Shown here piece after piece: positions 58,075 through 64,000 of a stretch of DNA of 64,000 nt. The DNA comes from the human T2T-CHM13v2.0 reference genome, Homo sapiens, in NCBI RefSeq assembly GCF_009914755.1, contig NC_060938.1. One strand, written 5' to 3'. Within the stretch, counting starts at the first letter, position 1. Each line of letters starts with the position of its first letter. The translations under genes were made by a program, and so were the position numbers. The notes below the pieces were generated by a model. The model searched no databases. It saw nothing but the letters and a program-made list of their open reading frames with translations, and was not told where the DNA came from.

Positions 58075-59050
58075 TAATGATGCAAAAATGCTAAATACAA
58101 TTTTAGCACACTGATCCAACAATGTACTACAACAAACAACAACAACGTAACCAAAAGTGGAATCTATTCAAAGAATGCAAGGGTGCAACAGGCAAATAAG
58201 ACATTAAATAAGAGGAATAAAAGGCACAGTGAAAATAAAAGTAGCAATCAAGTAGAATAGACAAACAAAATCAACAAACACAAAAGTTGAAATATTAAAA
58301 TATTAGTAATGTTGACAAGCTTCTACTAACACTGACAGAAACAGATATTATCTCTATTAGAAATGAAAGAGGTGACATTACTACACATCCTACAGGTGTT
58401 TAAAAGATAATAAAAATATTTAAGATATGTTCATTTCATCATACGTAAACTTTTCATTGGTTTAACATCTTCAAAAAGCTTGATGGAATTGTGTAAACAA
58501 AGTATCAAAATTATTGTTGCATGCTGTTACTTACTAAGTAATAGCAACCATATCCTTATAATTGTATTTTTAAATGTAACTATCACAGGAATATTATATT
58601 TACAAAAGTAGGTACTGACTTTCTGATAAAAATGGGACATTTAAGAAATGTTTGTGAAGTAAAATCAAATTTTAAATATTTGCAAAATATTAAAGAGATC
58701 TATAATATCCAGTATTACAATGGCTTTTGTTATATTGCTGCTGTAATATTCTATTGATGACTATATATTAATGCTTTTCTGGAGGAAAAATAAAAATACG
58801 TATAAAAGTTTTAATGTATATATCTTTCCACCCAGCGATTCTACTTGCAAAAATTTATCCTAAGGAAGCAACAAAAAACAAGTACAAATATATATGTTCA
58901 AATATGTATAACACGCATGGTTCCTACCAAACGTAATTATTTAGTGTTTATTTTTAATTAAATTATATTAAAGTGAAATACATTAAAATCATCAAAACTG
59001 ATGCAGGATTACAGGATTATATTTATTATGTATGATTAGAGAAAGATCAA
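58075..59050 (+). mobile_element. Old L1M fragments (ORF2 pieces ~58075-58420; 3' piece ~58770-59050)
   Basis: gatgcaaaaatgctaaatacaattttagc; aaaatcaacaaac...gaaagaggtgacattactac; acccagcgattctactt...atttatcctaagg. Confidence 0.5.
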
Positions 59051-59139
59051 GTTACACATAGGCACTATGCTTAGTATAAGAGACACTCAAAACCACCGAT
59101 TTACAATATTTCAGAGGCACCATTCGCATACAATACAAT

Positions 59140-59362
59140 GTGAATAGTGATGTGGTGTGCACCTCTCATAGTACAGAGTTAAGGGCAAAACGTCAAGCCC
59201 AGGATTCTTGGGTTCATTTATTTTCTATTCTTCATCTTCCACATCTGTGTTGTGTAAACTTAGGCAAGTTATTTCTACTTTATGGGGTGAATGTTGAGAC
59301 CAAATGAGCAAATGCATATCAAATTGTGCTTAACACTCATAAGAGTTAACTATTATTTTTAT
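59140..59362 (+). mobile_element. MIR
   Basis: ttgggttc...tgtgtaaacttaggcaagttattt...tgttgagaccaaatgag...aactattatt. Confidence 0.55.
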
Positions 59363-59719
59363 TCTCGATGTAAGCGCCACACAAATTCTGTTTTGTTCTC
59401 AGTTATATTGTTGGATATAATTGATTCTTAAAAATATTTTGGATGATTTTTAATTAAAACTTAATCCAAGTATAAGTGTTCATATATATTTGGAAAGGAA
59501 ATTCTGAAAGACACATCAAAATTTTAACACTAGTTATCACTGTTACATATAATTTTATTTTGTTCTGTATGTTTCTGTTTTATGAAGATTTGTATTTGAA
59601 AATATATTATATAAAACAATATACAATAAAACAATGAAATTCCACTAAAAACTCTATAGTGTATACCTTTCCTTTGACCCCCAAAGTTTTTTTTTAAATG
59701 TTTACTGCAAAGAAATAGG

Positions 59720-62320
59720 GGACCCATATCAGAGTGCTTTTGCCTGGAACCTATCCACTGCCCTGCCAGAGTGCTTACTCACACCAGAGTATCTGCAGTG
59801 TCCCTGCTGCTGCAATGGAGATCTTTCACCCATGGCCACCCTGCCAACCTGCTGGAGTCCTTTCGTCCATGAATCCTCAGCCACCATGCCAGAGCACTTT
59901 TGCCTGTGGCCTGCCCGCTGCCTGACTGAAGCACACTTGCTTGCAGCAACCCAAACCCAACCTGCTGTAGTGCTTTTACCAGAGCCACCACCATAGCTCT
60001 CTCATTGGCCACCCCTGCCATCCCACTGGAGTGCTTTTGCTGGCAGACACCCATCAGAGAGGTTTTGTTCAAGGCCACTCAACAGCCCCAACAGTGCTTC
60101 TGCTGGAAACCTCCAACAGAGCACTGTTGCCAGCAGGCTGGGAGCACCATATCCTCCCACACCCCCAGTGCAGCAAATGCTTGATCTTAAGGGGACAGAG
60201 AATAAAGCTGTGTTCCCAGTCCCAGTACCCCAGAGTTAAAGAATTCTGCCTAGGGAGGCTGAACTGAGCTTTGTTCCTCTGAAAGCATCAGTGTCAGAAA
60301 CAAAGACAATCAACTAAGCCCAAGGTATACCACAGTCAAACTCTTAACAGCATTAAAAAAACATAACAGCTAAAAGCTCCATCTGAAGAATATCAATTTC
60401 AAAAGTTAATGGAATATCAATCCACACAGATGAGAAAGAATCAGCTCAAGAATTCTGGCAATTCTAAAAGCCAGAGTACCCCCTTACCTCCAAATGAGCC
60501 CAGTAGCTCCCCAGCAATAATTCTTAACTAGACTGAAATGATTAAAACGACAGAAATGGAATTCAGAGTCTGAATGACAAAGAAGTTCATCAAGATTCAG
60601 GAAAAAGTTGAAACCCAATCCTTGGAACCCAAGTAATCCAGTAAAATGATCCAAGAGCTGACATAAGAAATAGCCATTTTAAGAAAAAATCAAACTGAAC
60701 TTCTGGAATTGGAAAGTTCACTATAAGAACTTCATAATTCAGTTGGTAGCATTAACAGCAGAACAGACCAAACTGAGGACATAATCTCAGAGCTCAAAGG
60801 CTGGTTCTTCAAATCAACTCATTTGACAAAAATAAAGGAAAAAATTAATTTTTACAAAATGAACAGAATCTTTTATAAATATGGGATTATGTAAAGAGAC
60901 AAAATCTATGACTTCTATGGCATTCTTGAGAGAGGAGAGTGAGAAACTTGGAAAACACATTTGGAGATACAGTCCGTGAAAAACTTCCCAATCTCACTAG
61001 AGATGTTGACATGCAAATTCAAGCCATACAGATAACTCTTATAAAATACAATCCAAAATGACCATCCTATAGTCACCAGATTCACCAAGGTTAATGTGAA
61101 AGAAAAAAATCTTAAAAGCAACTAGAGAGAAGGGTCAGGTAATGTACAAATAGAACCATAAAGGCTAGCAGCAGACCCCTCAACAGAAACCTTACAAGCC
61201 AGAAGACACTGAGGGCCTATTTTCAGCATCCACAAAGAAAAGGAATTCCAACGAAGAATTTTATATCCTTCCAAAGTAAGCTTATAAGTTAAGGAGGGCT
61301 AAAATCCTTCTCAGATAAGCAAATGCTAAGGGAATTTGTTATAACTAGACCAGCTTTACAAGAAATCCTTCAAGGAATGCTAAACATAGAAAAAAGAGAA
61401 CAATGCCTGCTGTCACAAAAACATGCTTAAGCACATAGCTCACAGACACTATAAACTAACTGTATAATCAAGTCTACAAAACAACCAGCTAACAACACAA
61501 TGATAGGATCAAAATCTCACATATCAATACTAACTCTGCATGTAAGCAGTCTAAATGACACACTTAAAAGGCATAGGGTGGCAAGCTGGATAAAAAGACA
61601 AGACATAACTGTCTGCTGTCTTCAAGAGACCTATCTCACATGCAATGACACTCAGAGGCTCAAAGTAAAGGGATGGAGAAAGAGCTCCCAGGCAAATGAA
61701 AATTTAAAAAATAGCAGGAATTGCTGTTCTTATATCAGATAAAATAGACTTTAAACCAACAACAATTAAGCTCAAAGAAGGGCATTACATAATGATAAAG
61801 GGTTCAATTCAATAAGAAGACATAACTATCATAAATATATTCATACCCAACATTGGAGCATCCAGATTCATTAAACAAATTCTTCTCAACTTATAAAAAA
61901 GAGCTAGATAGCCACACAATAACTGTAGGAGACTTCAACATCTCTCTGAGTGTATTAGAGAAATCATCAAATACAGAAAATTAACAAAGAAATACTGGAC
62001 TTAAACATGACACTGAGCAAACTGGACCTAATAAACATCTACAAATTACTCCATCTATCAACCACAGAATATACATTCTTCTCATCTGTACATTAAACAT
62101 ATTGTAATATCAACCACATGTTCTATCATAAAGCAAGTCTCAATAAATTTAAAAAAATCAAAATTATACCAAGCACATTTATGGATCACAGTGCAATATA
62201 AATATAAATCAAGAATGGCTCTTAAAGCTACCCAAATAAATGGAAATTAAACAACTTGCTCCTGAGTAACTCTTGGATGGCAAAAAAATTAGTCAGAAAT
62301 TTTAAAAAATTATTTGATCA
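59720..62320 (+). mobile_element. L1PB/L1PA15-17-like element: repetitive 5'UTR, decayed ORF1 (~60430-61430), ORF2 endonuclease (from 61500); 3' part missing
   Basis: atgagaaagaatcag ORF1 start; MIGSKSHISILTL...WIKRQD...CCLQET endonuclease N-terminus; ends ~aaaaaattatttga. Confidence 0.88.
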
Positions 62321-63754
62321 AAGCAACATAGGCATATTGTTTGATAAATAATTATAAAAGAGATCAAGCAAAATTTTACTGGAAATATATCTTTTAAATG
62401 ATTGAGGTATTTTTTTCTAGATCATTATCTATTGATATAATATTACTTCTTGCAAGCATCTGTCATAAAAAACTTTCTTAAGACTTAGAAATAGGCAAAA
62501 GAGATTACTGTCCGTTCTACCAAAGGAGAGATGTTGTTCTCTTGCCAATCATCCAGTTATTGTCTAGTTCCATGGTGGTGTATTACTTTGTATAGCTTTT
62601 ATTAACTAGGTTATTTTACAGCTTTGTAGGGTCAGAAGTTAAAATTATTTTTTAAATGATGGCAATGCAAACAATTTGTGTCCAAAGTGGTGAAAAAGTA
62701 TGTTTTCTCATAAAGAACATAAATATTTTTAGTCAAACTCTCAAGTGAAGAGTGTTACTGGCTCTCTCATTAATTAATGAGTTGAAAAAAATTGACAAGT
62801 GTTCATTTTATATTTGAGAGTCGTAATTTGACATTTTACAAGTTATAATTGCACAAATGGGACTAAGCTCACCATCAGTTCTATTCCTGTATATTTTTAT
62901 AGATGTAATAACTTAGAAAACTCATTCACATTAAAGAAGAGATTTGTTAAATCAACATTTTTCTCTGTTTTAACTGCTTTAGAGTTGTCAAAAATAACAT
63001 AGTAATCTATTATTATATTAACCAATTGTCATATTTATACAATTAATAAAGCCCATTTATTATTAAATTATCATTAGTGGTTGACTATCCAACAAAACTG
63101 ATTCTCCAATACTGCTAAAAGCAAAGATTAAGAAACTACTAGATTTGCAAAATGTTCGTCACTCAGTAACTTGGCCATCTCAGAGATTTTGCACCTAGAG
63201 GAAACATATACACTATTCTTTCTTTTGCCTTGCCTTGATTCCTAAGGCATATAAATCCAGGAAATGGTACTGATAGAAAAGAAGAACTGGAAAATTATTT
63301 CCCTTCTTCTAATAAAGAAAAATCATTCAGAAATTTAGTTATTGGTATGTGTCCAAGTTTTTCACAATCTTACATTCAATGGATAAGAGCCATAGAAAAA
63401 CAATTAAAATATTTACAATTAATAGATTATAATAATATAACATCAATTAATAAATAATGATATATTATTAATAGGGCATTCCACAAGGCAAGAGAAGCTT
63501 AATCATGTGTTTAATCATGATTAGATTAAACACACAAGAAATAATGGTTAAAGACCTGATAATTGAGACTTAATAAGCTGAGTGGGTAACTCTTTGACAG
63601 AGCATATCTTAATTACAAGAAAAGTTATCAGAAAATATTTAAAGACTTTGTTGGGAATGCTAATTTCTTCTAAGGATAAAACTGGGAAAAAATATTTTGG
63701 TCTATTCGTCTGGGACTATTTTTTTTTTTTTTTTTTACTTTCAGACACTTCTTA

Positions 63755-63885
63755 ACAATTGTACTATGATTTTGAATGATGTTAACATTAGGGGAAGTAG
63801 TGTCAGAGATATAAGAGAAATCTCTGTGCTACTTTTGCAATTCTTCATAAGTCTAAAATTAGTTCAAATTAAAAAGCTATAAATG
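63755..63885 (+). mobile_element. L1MB/MC 3' terminus
   Basis: gatgttaacattaggggaag...tctctgtgctacttttgcaattcttc...gtctaaaatt...aaattaaaaag. Confidence 0.7.
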
Positions 63886-64000
63886 AAGTGTTTGTGTACC
63901 CTCAAGTTTATAGACAGTTACTACCACATGCAAAGCAAAGAAACAGTGAGAAGTAAATGAACATATAATTTCCATATAATTTCTCACACATAGAGAGTGC

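Noticed and set aside
59730-60130. Spaced repeats superficially like a CRISPR array
   Set aside because: Degenerate, irregular units inside an L1 5'UTR in human DNA; no cas genes.

Overview
AT-rich, CpG-poor human genomic DNA; the species call rests on an L1HS-Ta element, a human-specific subfamily. The window looks intergenic or deep-intronic. I recognise no host protein-coding gene or RNA gene, and the long ORFs are all LINE-1 derived. Roughly half is interspersed repeat: L1 of many ages, 4 Alus, a two-LTR THE1A element, MST/MLT1/MLT2/LTR47 LTRs, MER1B, MER5, Tigger3b, a half MADE1, and L2/MIR/CR1 remnants. Subfamily calls are from remembered consensus features, not a database search, and boundaries of old elements are approximate. 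The most unusual object is a ~1.3-kb, very young L1HS-Ta1 'mini-element' (5289-6629, minus strand). Its first ~268 nt of CpG-rich 5'UTR promoter are joined through a 4-nt microhomology directly to the last ~1 kb of ORF2/3'UTR. It has a 12-bp TSD, a patterned poly(A) tail, 12 extra 5' nucleotides and an in-frame 5'UTR-ORF2 C-terminal fusion ORF. Other structural oddities are a 137-bp fold-back inverted duplication around an AT-rich spacer (143-629), a probable L1PA4 insertion-mediated deletion of half a Tigger3b, a tail-to-tail THE1B/MLT1 fusion, and three minus-strand splice-signal candidates (recursive-type site, 71-nt exon, 4-nt microexon).
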